A DNA stretch of 63,913 nucleotides, filler included, from Collodictyon triciliatum (Eukaryota): assembly GCA_043381765.1 (NCBI GenBank). It is 4 parts of 4 records of this genome, joined end to end, with 100 filler letters (N's around TTAATTAATTAA, not from the genome) between each part and the next. Parts side by side here need not be neighbours in the genome. Positions count along the whole stretch, not along the records: positions 22,021 to 43,923 come from JBHJMP010001163.1; positions 44,024 to 58,646 come from JBHJMP010001185.1; 2 more parts are not named here. One strand, given 5' to 3'. Below the pieces are notes generated by a model, which was not told the DNA's origin, made no database searches, and saw only the letters and a program-made list of their open reading frames with translations. A program made the translations under genes and the position numbers. Positions 35,822 through 52,523 of this stretch are shown here, piece by piece (the stretch's first letter is position 1; every line of letters starts with the position of its first letter).

Positions 35822-37785
35822 TAGCATATCCTTCAATTTTGCGACCCAAAAAATCAACTTCGAGCGACCTGGATTTCAAAGCCAAGGAACGTTGATGCAG
35901 ACTACTCTTTAACGATGAATTTCAAACCAATCAAAGTGATTGTCACGCCAACATTAATTCGTCATGTTGTAGATTTCTTCTCGCCACCAGGTTATCTTTA
36001 GTTCAGTTAGACATATTTTCACCATCATGCTCCGAAGTCGTGCATTCCCATTTTATATCAATTTAAGTATTTCTTAAAGCAAGTATATCATTGTTAATAT
36101 ATTTAACTCATATATTTTACAACACCAATTAGATGATGTTGATATTAGAGACCTCTTGAAAGCAGCGACAAATGCCGCTGCGAATGTTGTAGAGAACACA
36201 AAAAAATCATTTGCCAACCTGCTTGATGTTAAGCGATTAGTTGACTTAGATCTACATGTTTTTGGACCACACGTCATTCTGCCTTGCGATGCCTTATCAG
36301 AAACGGGAGAAAGTTTTGTGTTTGATATGGGTTGCTTGTCGATACACTCAGGATTGACTCCAGATTTACAATCATCTATGTCGCAACTACAAGAAAAAGT
36401 ACAGCTAGAGCAGCTTTACTTTGACATTTTCTCCTTACACCTAGAAGGTGTCTCTTTGAAGTATTGTGGAGATGGATTTACTGAAATGCTTTTGAATCCT
36501 GTGAATGTTAATTCTTTGGCACTAGTGCGCCATTTTGACGAGGTTTCACTTTTCATTCCTTTTTTAGTAATTTACCACTGCTCGAATATTTCTATAACCA
36601 TGAACATTATATACAGAATGAAAGTAACTTAATCATCCGATTCTTGACATAATCTGAAATGATATTTTCTTGTACCAATTTGCTGATACATTGACATATA
36701 GAAAAAATATCCGAAATTGTCGCTTAGTTTCAAGGTGATACCTCTATAGGACACATCACATCATCGATTATTTTTTTTTTTGTCTGTTACCTGTTATATC
36801 AGATGATTAATAAAAAAAAAATACAACGTTGTCAGATTCCAAAGCTACACTTTAACATATCATCTCGTCGGGTGATTTTACTGAACAACCTTATGAAAAC
36901 TATAACTATCATGGAAAGTTTTACAGCTTCGGATTTGAAAGTATATATTTTCTCTCTTTTTCTTTCTCCCTTTAAAGTATGAGATGAAATTGGTGTTGAT
37001 CTTCTAAAAAAATTATTTGTATTCATAAGGTACCACTCTTTGACTGAAATTAAATTGTGTATGTAAAATGCTTGAATATTAGCTCAAATCAGCCATGCCT
37101 GTCGAAGTATACGACTTTCAGACGAGTTCATGGGTGAGGTGCAGGGCTGTGGTTATTGGGAAGCAGTTGCATATGTACCGCGATGTACCTGAACAGCAAA
37201 GCAATGTAATCGACATACCTTTGTCTGATTATTTCTTCACTACAAAACCAAAAGACCCGAAAGGTGATTTAATTTTAATTTTAATTTTAATTTTTACTTC
37301 TGTTTCTGATATACGATATCATTTTATTTTGAAAATGAAATATATAATGAATATCGCTCCACACTCACTTTTTTGAAGATGGGCAACTGTGACATTTAAG
37401 TGTAAGCCTTATTATTCGTAATGAATTTAAATTTTCGTATAGACGGCAAAGCCAGATTTTTTGAATTGCGAGGTGTTCGTGCCAAACTCAAGTATCCATT
37501 CATACAATTGCGTGTATTCAGTGACGATGATTTGAATTTTTGGTCCCAAAAAATTGTTCCATTTGCTTCAAGAGAGTCCAAATCCGAAGCTGATGCGAGT
37601 GCTGTATGATTCTTTTTCGCTAAATGCTTACCTGACATGTAATTGCCTTTTATACCAATCTGTCAATGATTTTTGAAAATTAAAACTGGTAAGACGCAAG
37701 ATGGCTTTGTCCTATTGTTCGGAGTGGATGACCTTTCTGTCAGCTTGAAAGATTCTGGTCAAAGTATAAGATTAATTGTATATAA

Positions 37786-37825
<40 letters not shown>

Positions 37826-40800
37826 GCACTTTTATCATGATTTCAGATAGCTCAGTGCTAAAATGGTAAATTTTATGCGATGAATTAGAACTTCTTGTTC
37901 CTTCTGAAGAGGAAGACATCGCAATCTTTTATGCACATGCAGTATCATTTGACTTTCGTATTATGCCTGATGAGCATAAAGGTGTTGTTTCAGTCCACAG
38001 TATGAAAATCGTGGATACGAGAACTGGGTATGCTTTTAGACACATAAGTAGATGTCCATATTCTAATCATCACATTCAAGTAACAATTGTGAATATAATG
38101 AAGATTTTCCATCTGTCTCTTACGGAACATTTATCAAACGCAGCGAATTTTTGATTTCGTCTTTTCTTGGAAGTGAACCAACCGGTAACGACACAGACCT
38201 GATTCGGCTTACGTATGCTTATTATAGTTTTACTCCACAATCCCCCTTTTTTCTTCTGTATCTCGAAGCTAGCTCGATTTATACAGTTATTATTTGATCG
38301 GAAATTCATGACTTGGTTGCGAAGGCATGAATTGCTCTATATTTAGTGTGGAGCTTATTCCGCAGACATCACCCAAGTATCAAAAAACAGACTGCCGAGT
38401 GAATTTAGATTTTAGTTCTGTGCATTTGAGATTGCATGACGAGCCAATAACAAAACTCATTCGTATGTGCAAAAACGTAATATTCATCCCTTTTCCATTC
38501 GTATCCAATTATTGTTCCTATTTTTCTTGCTACAATTCATCATCCCTTAGGAATACTAGTTTATCATAGTCCTAATAAGTCCACGAATCAGAACGTTTTT
38601 CTCTCCTATAGACTGATATTTCTTGATAAAAAAATTAACAGATAGCTGATGGTTTTAAAAAGCCATCGGAACCTGAAGCAGCAGACCCACAAAAGCAATC
38701 TGAATCACCTAGTTTCCTGGAAACTGATTTACCAAACGAAAATCTTTCACCACGCTCAAGCTTCACGTCATCTTTCATCACAATTTTGGCTGACATTACG
38801 ATATCTTTGAACAGAATGACTTTAGTGGCCTTCAATAACAATGAAGAGGCCGTCGGCCGCTTGCTCATGATGACATCTTCTTTTGTTAATTTTAAACTAA
38901 CACCGGATTTGATGTACATCCGAGGGGAGCTCGGAAGCGTCCTTGTTCAAAAGTTGTATCCATCGATCTTGATGGACCCAAAAGACGAGCTTTCGATTGG
39001 AATAAAACTTCTTGAGATTCTCGGATTAAAGGTTGGCATAAAAACGTTATATTTCTAATAATAATTTTCTAATTCCAGATGGAATGATTTAATATTGCCG
39101 ATTTATACTGGTTTCCCCTTGTACGCCAAAACATGTACTAAAATGAAATTCATCTTACTCCATAGAAATCCCAAGCATCTTTTCTCAGCATCGAGTTTAT
39201 CAAAATATTCCAAGAAACGCCTGTACTTACACAGAAGAATATGTACCAAGAGAAAGTCCTTCACGATGCCATTCGAATCGGTTCTTTGGATTGGATGTCT
39301 GAAGGATATGAGTCAGCTTTCTTTTGCAGAATTAGTCCGGTGAACATTACTTACCTTCAAACATTCATCACTGATACCATGCGATTTTTTGCATCAAACA
39401 AAATGTTTTCGGGTGAGATTCTTACTTGGATACTTGAATAAAAAGATGAATTCACATTATATACAAAAATCTTAAGATACTTTCAACATCTATATCCCCA
39501 TTTTTGAAAAACGAAAGACACAAATATCCGAGATATATTCATATTTTTTTTGTTTGTTAAATTGTCGTGATTAGACCCATCTGAACCAGCAAATGAACCT
39601 TCAAAACCATTGAAACCAGCTCGGAGCAAAGTGAACACAATCATACGCTTTTTTCTGTTTTACTTGCCCCCTTTACTATCACGTACACAAAAGAAATTAA
39701 TAGTGTGAATAATAGTGATTTTGAATATGCAACTGCTCATCCTTTCCTGCCAAATTTCAACTTAACCGGTAAAATACCCACACCTTTTAATAATGCAGGT
39801 AACTGTTGAAATGGACAATCCGACCATTATTCTCCCACAGCATCATTTCAGTCTAAACCGTATTTCGGCTGAAGTTGAAAAAGTTACCTTTGAAATGGGT
39901 TATTCTGACAACGAAAATTTTTCATGGAGAATTATCCATTTTAATTTCCAACACTTGAACATGTACACCGTAAGAAATTTGTACTTTGTCGAATTTTATG
40001 TGCAACAGCTGAGAAACCTTGAAAAAGAAAAAGAAAAGGAAATCTCGAAAATATATGGATATTAAAGTGGGGTTTTCTATCCTAGTTAGGCCCATGTTCG
40101 TTGGCACCTGGGGCTATGTTTCAGAGAAAAATGATGGATCGAACTTTCATGCAAGTCACAGTTCAAACGGCTATTAACATGGATAAAGTGAGAAATAACC
40201 AATCCTTTGCATTACTGATACAGAATTTAAAAATATAGTAATACATGTAAATCAAGTTGCATCATTTTTTTTTTGTAAGTGACATGCATTTTTTAATTTT
40301 TTTTTTGTTCTTTTAAACTCAGAAAGAGGAAGCACCGTTACAGATATATCTAAAAATCGATGATGCAAAACTTCATTTGCTTGAGGGGCAGTATGTACAA
40401 ATAGCTGCAACTATTTTCAACAATTTTTTGTACTCTGATGAAAATGAACCAGAGAAGCCAAAACAAGCTCCTAGCAGCCAGCTTGCTCACCCAACAGGTT
40501 ATTTGTTTCGATTTGAGAATCCGTTTCTTTATCATATTCAATTACAACTTTGGTTTCAAAATAAGATAGTATAACGGAGGCACAGATTCAAATTTATGTG
40601 TGCCAATAATTAAAAAACAATTCACTCCATAGTCAAGTTTGAATTGCTGATGAATAAAATCCAAGCGGACCTTACATATGACCCATTCATGAAACCTTAT
40701 CTGGATGGATTTTCAGTGGTCTATCACGACGCCAACATCGGGGAATTAGAGAGACAGCAACATTTTCGAATTATCGCCACTGATATAAAATACATATTTT

Positions 40801-43800
40801 CGTCGTTCTCAAACTCCAGAAGGTATGTTACCATTTTAGCTTTAAAAGGGGTTTAAGGTATATTTACTATTAGCTTGGAGTTTCTCTGCTTTACTTTTCA
40901 TTCGCTCCTTTCAGAGAAATGTTAATAAGACACCAAATAAGGGTGATTCATCTAATTTCTGGACTTTCTCGTCTGTATAGCAAATCTGATGTATACGTTC
41001 ATTCCATATCTCTGAATGGCGGAATCTTGCAGGACACAATTAATTTATTGGAATCAAAAGCGGATGATTCGCCAAACAGGTCTGATTTAGAAACAAAGGA
41101 ATATAAGTTTTTACTAAACTATTTTATTACATTTTGGAATTCTAGAACAATCCATGTATTGTTTATATTTTCTCATTTTTTTGTCCAATCTATAACACGA
41201 CGATTAAATAGCATACCTGGGCTGCATATTGTAATATCAAAAGTCCCTGAAGAAGTAACAGAGGTAGATATCGACCTTGGGCAGCCTGAGGTAAGTTTTA
41301 TCTCGATTCATGGTTTCATTTATTCAAAGAGAGATTGTGTTCTTTATTTGATGTTAGTTATAGTTGTGTTGGAATGTGCTGTATTTACACATGTTGCCAG
41401 ATTGTGATCGTTCCTTCTTCCTGGGCCTCGCTGAGGAATTTTTTCCAATCCGATTTGATTTCATCGTCAACGGAGAATAAGAGTACCCCTCCTGCTCACG
41501 ATAGCATGCTGTCCATAAGTGTACGACCTTTCAGCCAATATCATCTATTTCCGTTTGGCATGATAATCAATTTGTAAAGTCTGTCACACAAAAAGATACA
41601 CAAGACTTTATACTTAATTTTACTACAATTGCGCCCATGAGTTTGATTCATATAAATGAAATTACTGTATCTCAACCTATGAGCTTTTTGCTGTATATGA
41701 TTTAGCCTTGCATGAGGTTTCTACATAAAATTGTTTGTGCACTTGAATTACTTATGTCGGAATAATATACTGATTCGGCTGGACTGTAAACTCGTAACAT
41801 GCTTCATGCAAACATGCAGGTTCGATGCCCAACTGTAAAGATATTCGTACTGGAAGATTTTAAGGCTGTGAATGGAAGGCGTTTTATCTTGGATTGTACG
41901 CTGAATCTAGAATATCGGAATATAATCTCTGAGCGGCATCTCTCGATTGTTGTGAATAATTCAAAGATATCCCTCCTGAATGGAACATCCACGGTATTTA
42001 TTGACCTATATCGATTTGTATTACCATTATTAGGTGCCCTTTTTCACTCCGACATGGCAAATAAGTTCTCTCGTCTTTATTAAATCATTTTCATTGTGAA
42101 TGCAACTACAGGATAGTTTATCTTTTTCAGTACTTGACCGAGCCACCTTATCCCTAAATTTAATTGAGAATGATTCACGTGTGGTTAGTCGCAATACACG
42201 ATAGAATAGCTTAATACATGATTTTAATACCATACACTAACTCTACTATTCTATGTGCTATTTTTCTTTTTCTTTCGTAAAATCTCCAGATTATTATAAA
42301 ATCAGAGGCACTTGATATTTCGCTATCAGTTATGGTGTGTGATAGAAATATATCAAATATTTTCTGCAGGATTCGTATTATTTTTATCCTTTATATCTAA
42401 TTGTGCATGATTTTCTTACCCAAAACATTGACATAAAAAATCAAGATGGTTAGATCTGCATTGAAGGCTCTTGAGTCCCTCACATTGACATTCAATCCAG
42501 ACGAGTTATAACACACACATAAAATAACACATTTTATATGATATAACACATGAAATGGATATAAACGCAATTTAATATAACCGAAATTTACACTTTGCAC
42601 TAAACCAGGGAGGACACAGAAGTAGTCGTAGAAAAAAAGAGCAGCGAATCACAGGTGCTTCCATCATTTTGGAAAATAGATTTTCAACAAAAAAAATTAT
42701 TAATTTTTGGTTACATTATGTACCATTATTCCTTAAAAAATTTTTCCTCCCTCTCTCTAGATGATGAGAACGGAATTAAAAGCGAGTGGAATCATGCTTC
42801 GTGCATCATTTGTTGACTCTAACCAAGAGAGTCCAAATCCAATCTTGATGACTTCATTGCATCTGAAAAGCATCACCGTTTTGTGGAACGGCGAAATCAC
42901 CCAAGCCGCTATAGACCTTCATGCAGAACGTACTCTTCATATCTTCATTTTAAAGCTTTTAAAATCTATAGTAATTGAATGACACAAATTTTATACAAAT
43001 TGTTCAAATTTGCGCGCAATATATTGTAAAATACATCAAATCTAATTTCCAGTGAATTCATACAATGGTGCTTACGCTAAATGGGAGCCTCTTCTGGAGC
43101 CATGTGATTTTGAAATAAAGGTATGTCAGACATACACTCATATTCTTCTGATAAAGCATGTCATTTTTCATCTTTGTACGATTATTTTTTTTTGGTAATA
43201 TTGCACGGCTGTGAGCATATTGGTATTGCCGAAAGATTAAATTAATCAAGAATAATTGTTTTATAGTTTCTCCGCTTCCCTCATTCCCTCAATTCATCCC
43301 CTTCAGCATCCTCCTCTTCAGCAGATGGTTTGCAATTAATTTATTCTCAATTTAGTTAAACAATAAGCCTTTGAGACACCGTTAATTCACCCTCAAATTT
43401 CAAAATATGGTTGCATACTGTTTGGTTAGCTGAAGACAGGCGCTACATGTCCCAGATTGATGTTAATTCAGTCTCTCCAATTTATGTGAATGCTTTTGAG
43501 AAAGGATTAGAAGCTCTATCAGGGTTCTTTACGCCTCTTTGATATTGAAAATTTATCTTTGTTTTCAAATTCAAAATCTCTATGCATCATGCATTAATAG
43601 AAATCTGACGACTATTTAAATTTTGCAAACTTTACAGATGATAATGTGTATAAAGGTCGATCTGTAATCGCCTGTAATTCTTTTCTTTTCTTTTCAGTAT
43701 TCTCAATGTCTGGGCTCTTGATGAAGACAATAAATCGGTTCTCCTTCGCTCGACTGAATCTCTAGCGCCGTATATGTTCAAAAATAACACAGGGAGGGAT

Positions 43801-43828
43801 ATTGTCATCACTCGAAATATTCAGTCAG
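31456..43828 (+). CDS. VPS13: VPS13-family bridge-like lipid transfer protein, 5' part (truncated at contig end), many exons
   Basis: Chorein-N start MFERLVSSALTRALSRYV...LSISLWQGNVVLKNL, GQLTLQVPW, IVNNVQVRINRIHFRYED, YRRLRP...EKWKYAI, HVILP...DMGCL, AKWEPLLEP and PYMFKNNTG. Confidence 0.95.
32231..32341. repeat. (TTTG)n intronic microsatellite
   Basis: Perfect tandem repeat just upstream of a VPS13 acceptor. It explains the CLFV-repeat ORFs. Confidence 0.95.
35725..35822. repeat. (TAT)n intronic microsatellite
   Basis: Perfect trinucleotide run abutting a VPS13 acceptor. Similar runs occur at about 9776-9835 and 31590-31652. Confidence 0.95.
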
Positions 43829-43829
43829 G

Positions 43830-43830
<1 letters not shown>

Positions 43831-43861
<31 letters not shown>

Positions 43862-43923
43862 CAAAACAAAACAAAACAAAACAAAACAAAACAAAACAAA
43901 ACAAAACAAAACAAAAAAAAAAA
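43831..43923. repeat. (AAAAC)n microsatellite at contig end
   Basis: Tandem repeat running into the N spacer. Confidence 0.95.
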
Positions 43924-44023
43924 NNNNNNNNNNNNNNNNNNNNNNNNNNNNNNNNNNNNNNNNNNNNTTAATTAATTAANNNNNNNNNNNNNNNNNNNNN
44001 NNNNNNNNNNNNNNNNNNNNNNN
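43924..44023. other. Artificial contig spacer
   Basis: 44 N + TTAATTAATTAA + 44 N. Confidence 0.98.
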
Positions 44024-44066
44024 CCCCGGCCGGCGGGGGGGGGGGGTTGTGGGGTGGTTTTTTTTT

Positions 44067-44104
<38 letters not shown>

Positions 44105-44172
44105 TGACTGGGTGTAAATGCGACAGTTGTTAAGATAGGGGATAGAACCAACGAATAAGGATTCTGTCTTAC

Positions 44173-48542
<4,370 letters not shown>

Positions 48543-48816
48543 CTATTGGGATTATGTGTGAGTGGCTGTGTGGTTGGTTGGGAAGTTGCAGGACACGCGG
48601 TCCCTCTGAGGGGTGCTGTCAGTCTGCAGGGCTTGGGCTTGGGCTTGGGCTTGGACTTATACTTGATCATGAAGTGTTGAGAGAGGCTTGTTGTATCCGA
48701 GCAAGTGTTTTTATAAGCGGAGAGCAACGATTCGTTCGGGTTGTGTGATATCATGGTGTTTTGGGCTTCTTGTATTAGAAAACATAAAGGCCTCCGTCTC
48801 ACGGGCTGCATGTACG

Positions 48817-48915
48817 TTGTTTTGTTTTGTTTTGTTTTGTTGTGTTTTGTTTTGTTCTGTTTTGTTTTGTTTTGTTTTGTTTTGTATTGTTTTGTTTTGT
48901 TTTGTTTTGTTTTGT

Positions 48916-48941
<26 letters not shown>
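48817..48941. repeat. (TTTTG)n microsatellite upstream of GLDC
   Basis: Slightly imperfect pentamer array. Confidence 0.95.
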
Positions 48942-48947
<6 letters not shown>

Positions 48948-51358
48948 GGTCGGTTCGCTCCGCACATCACACGCGCATTTCCTGGCACGAGCGCACACAT
49001 ACACGTGCGCTGCAGTGTCTTCGAAAGGTCGGGTCGAGGGAATTGGGAGAATCATAACCGCGGCTATGTGAGCGAGTGCTTGTGGCGTTGCTTGGGTTAT
49101 GCTGTGGGCGAAAAAAGCTGGGCTTTGATTCAATCCACTGATTTTTTCCATAAACAGGAAAGAGGCGAAAAGTTTTGTAATCGTTCCGTTGGTCATCCAC
49201 ATATAAGGGCTCTGATGTCCATAATTTGATGTGTAAGGAGACCCATATTAGGGTATTCTTTGAATTTGTTCCTTCGTTGTATGGATTAGGGATGCAGCTA
49301 ATTCCTGGTTGTGCTCCGGCATTGTATTTATATAATCATTACATTATTTATCATATTTTTAATATTAATTATGAATAATATTGCCAATATATAATTATAT
49401 TGGCTATAGCACACATATTCCGTATTAGGTCATATTTGTTCATGTCAATCTTTTTGTGGAAATTTTAAAATTTCTGGTTAGGTTGTCGTGCAGCTTGGTT
49501 TGCACGAAATATTGTAATGGCTGAGAATCGGCAACTCGCCAATTATTACTTTTTTTCTTCAGTAATATGAGTTACATGACTTAAGCTTGTTTAGGAGCTA
49601 ATCCAGTGCGTTTGCACGATGCGCTACATTCAGGTTTGTTAGGAACCATATTTTTTTCTTCTTGTATTGATTGTTAGGGAAGAGTTTTCGAGCATTAGAA
49701 GGGTGGGGTTTGCTTCGGTTAGCACGCATATACTCACGCAAAGTAAGACTCAACAACCAGCCACCCATTCCTGATAATAGGCTGGATGACATCATACAGA
49801 TCTCTTTCCTCAACAGCTTCCTTTGACACCTGCACGTTCTCTACTACTCAGACCCTGTGAGAGAAGACATGTGGACAGAGGCCGAGAAAGGGATTCAACC
49901 TCGCCTTGTATCCCTCATGCAAGCACAAGACCCAGTCCGAAGGCCAAACCGCAGGGTGCAATTCCTGATTACCGACTGCTTCTCCGCCACCCGGCCACCA
50001 AGTAGCGTCCATGCAAACGATGGCTTGCGAACCAACACCAAGTCTTTCTATCCCGTAAAATTTGAAAGACTTGTTTAAAGATGAAATTCTATGGAGCTTG
50101 GGATTATTCTTGCAGTTCCAGAGCTCTTGCTGCCCCCTGATAATTGCACAATACTTTGCCTTCCCGCCCGCGAGCAAACAAGGAGATCCCTGACAAAGAA
50201 CGAATCCAAACAACAGCCACACCAATTGTGGAAATAATGAGCCATGTCCAAAACAAATGGCTGGTTCTAAAGACAAACTCTGGATTTTTCAATGATTCAA
50301 TTACGAATCCATCACGTTTCTTTGGTCAAATAGAAACGCGTTGGGACCATTTTGGCTCGGACTTTGTGATTCGGCGCCCTTCCAACACACAATGCTATTA
50401 CCGGTTCAATTCTTGTTCACGAGATTCTCGTTCGTGGAAACAAGGCCGAAAGACATTTTTTTTTGTTTTATTAAGATTTGTTTTATTGGAGAACCAAGCC
50501 TTTTGGTTGCAGTAGAACACCGCTGTGAACTTTCTTCCTCAACCAGATGCCAAAATACCCTTGCAAAAACAGTTTTCTAATGACTGGAAGGCTCGTCCCC
50601 TTGCTCTCTCATCAGTACTTCCTCTGTTTTCGTTCCCCCGCAGCAACGTCATGAAGGCAATATCTGATTTTGTTGTCAATCAATGTAAATGCACCCCTGC
50701 TATCGTTTTTCTATCGATCATCTTAGTGACTGCAGCAAGAGGCTCTTGAATCCATAAATCAAAGACATGAGAAAGAAAAGATGGGTGGTTGTATGTGGGA
50801 GAAGAGTGACACTTAGAAGCCTCCAAGTTTTTTTTAAGTTTCTCTTGAGTCTGATTTACACTTTAATATCAATTCGTGCTATCTCTGCCTCTGAGAAAAA
50901 CCTTGTTTGTATAGTCTCCTAATTGGAAGAAAAAAAAACCGGAGGAAGGAAGGTTTTATTTGGGCAAACTATCAAGATAGTCTCGCCTTCTACAAAGGTT
51001 ACTTTTTTTTTTTTTTGTGTGTATATATATATTTCTCCTAGCCACCTGCAGTTACGTTTCGTATCTTTGCTCTGTACATTCTCTTGTCGCCACGAAAAAG
51101 AGTCCTCAGGTTCATGACATCAGAATTCAAACAGGACTGATCACACAACGGGTGCCCAGCAGGCTCGACAGATCACTTTATTCCAGGAGCACAGAGGCCC
51201 AGAATACGAATCAACTTGTTGAACCTAGCAATAGCTAAGCCATACAGAAGAGCACACGAGCCTCCAAGACCATTTTTTTTTACTATTACTATTATTATAA
51301 ACACACAAACAGACACAAAAAGGAGCCAAAGTTACTTGATAAAAAAATCCGCGCCGCT

Positions 51359-52480
51359 ATGGAGCCGTTCCAGTTTCCCGATTCAATCAGGTATCCTTTC
51401 CTTCCACTGCCTTTTTTTTTCCCTATTGTATATTCCCACATAGCCACTGTTATTAAAAGGAGTAGCAATTAAAACGATCTTTGTATTCTACACCACAGCA
51501 ACATAGAGTCCGAGCTTAGCCATTCCTCTATCGACGTGAATGCGTCAGGAACATCCTCTGTTGTCACCGATCCGGACGCCGTGGCTCTTTCCCACACAGA
51601 TTGTGACGCCATGTCTGCGCGCAGCCTGTCGCAAACCCACTATGCATTCGCACAGCCGAGCCACATGCAAATGCACCCTCAATACCCACAACACCATCAC
51701 CTTTTGTATTCGCAGCACCATATCCACCCTCACCAATACCAGGAACTGCAGCAGATGGCTCTACATCAGTACCAGCAACAAATGCAGCAAATACAGCAAA
51801 TACAGCAAATGCAGCATATGCAACAAATACAAAACCTCGCGATGCATTCTAATGCCAGCCCACATACGCAGTACTCGTTCCAACAACACTGGCAAATCCA
51901 TCCATATTCATACTCTGTCCCAATGTCACCAAAGTCCAGTCAAGGGTTAGAACAGCAGGGTAGTTTCATAGGTTCTCCACAATTCTCGTCTCCACCGCTC
52001 AATATGCAGCATTCTACACCTTCGCATATGGACCCTAGAATTCAGTCCTACATTCAATCACAACAAATACCGCAAGTTACACCGCCTATTGGCTTATCAA
52101 CATTCTGCTACGAGGTCGACCAGGAGGCAATGGACAAACTGGAAACACAAATCGCTTACTTTCAGATGCCTAAATGTTCTGGTACCCCCAAAGGTTTGTC
52201 TTTAGCTCTTCCTATTAGAGATATTGGTGCTCATTAATATCCTATCTTTAAACTAAACTGAAACTGTTCTACAAACGTGTCAAATAAAACATCCAAAAGC
52301 AATCAACTTTTCTTTTTCTTTTTCTTTTTCTTTTTCTTCTTTTCTTTTCTTTTCTTTTCTTTTTCTTTTTCTTCTCTTTTTTTCTTTTCTTTTTCTTTTC
52401 TTTTCTTTTCTTTTTCTTTTTCTTTTTCTTCTCTTTTTTTCTTTTCTTTTTCTTTTCTTTTCTTTTCTTTTCTTTTCTTT

Positions 52481-52523
<43 letters not shown>

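Noticed and set aside
35826-35834. ATATCCTTC resembling an AT-AC U12 donor
   Set aside because: It lies just inside a VPS13 exon (HILQFCDPKNQ...VVDFFSPP) that is in frame and VPS13-like.
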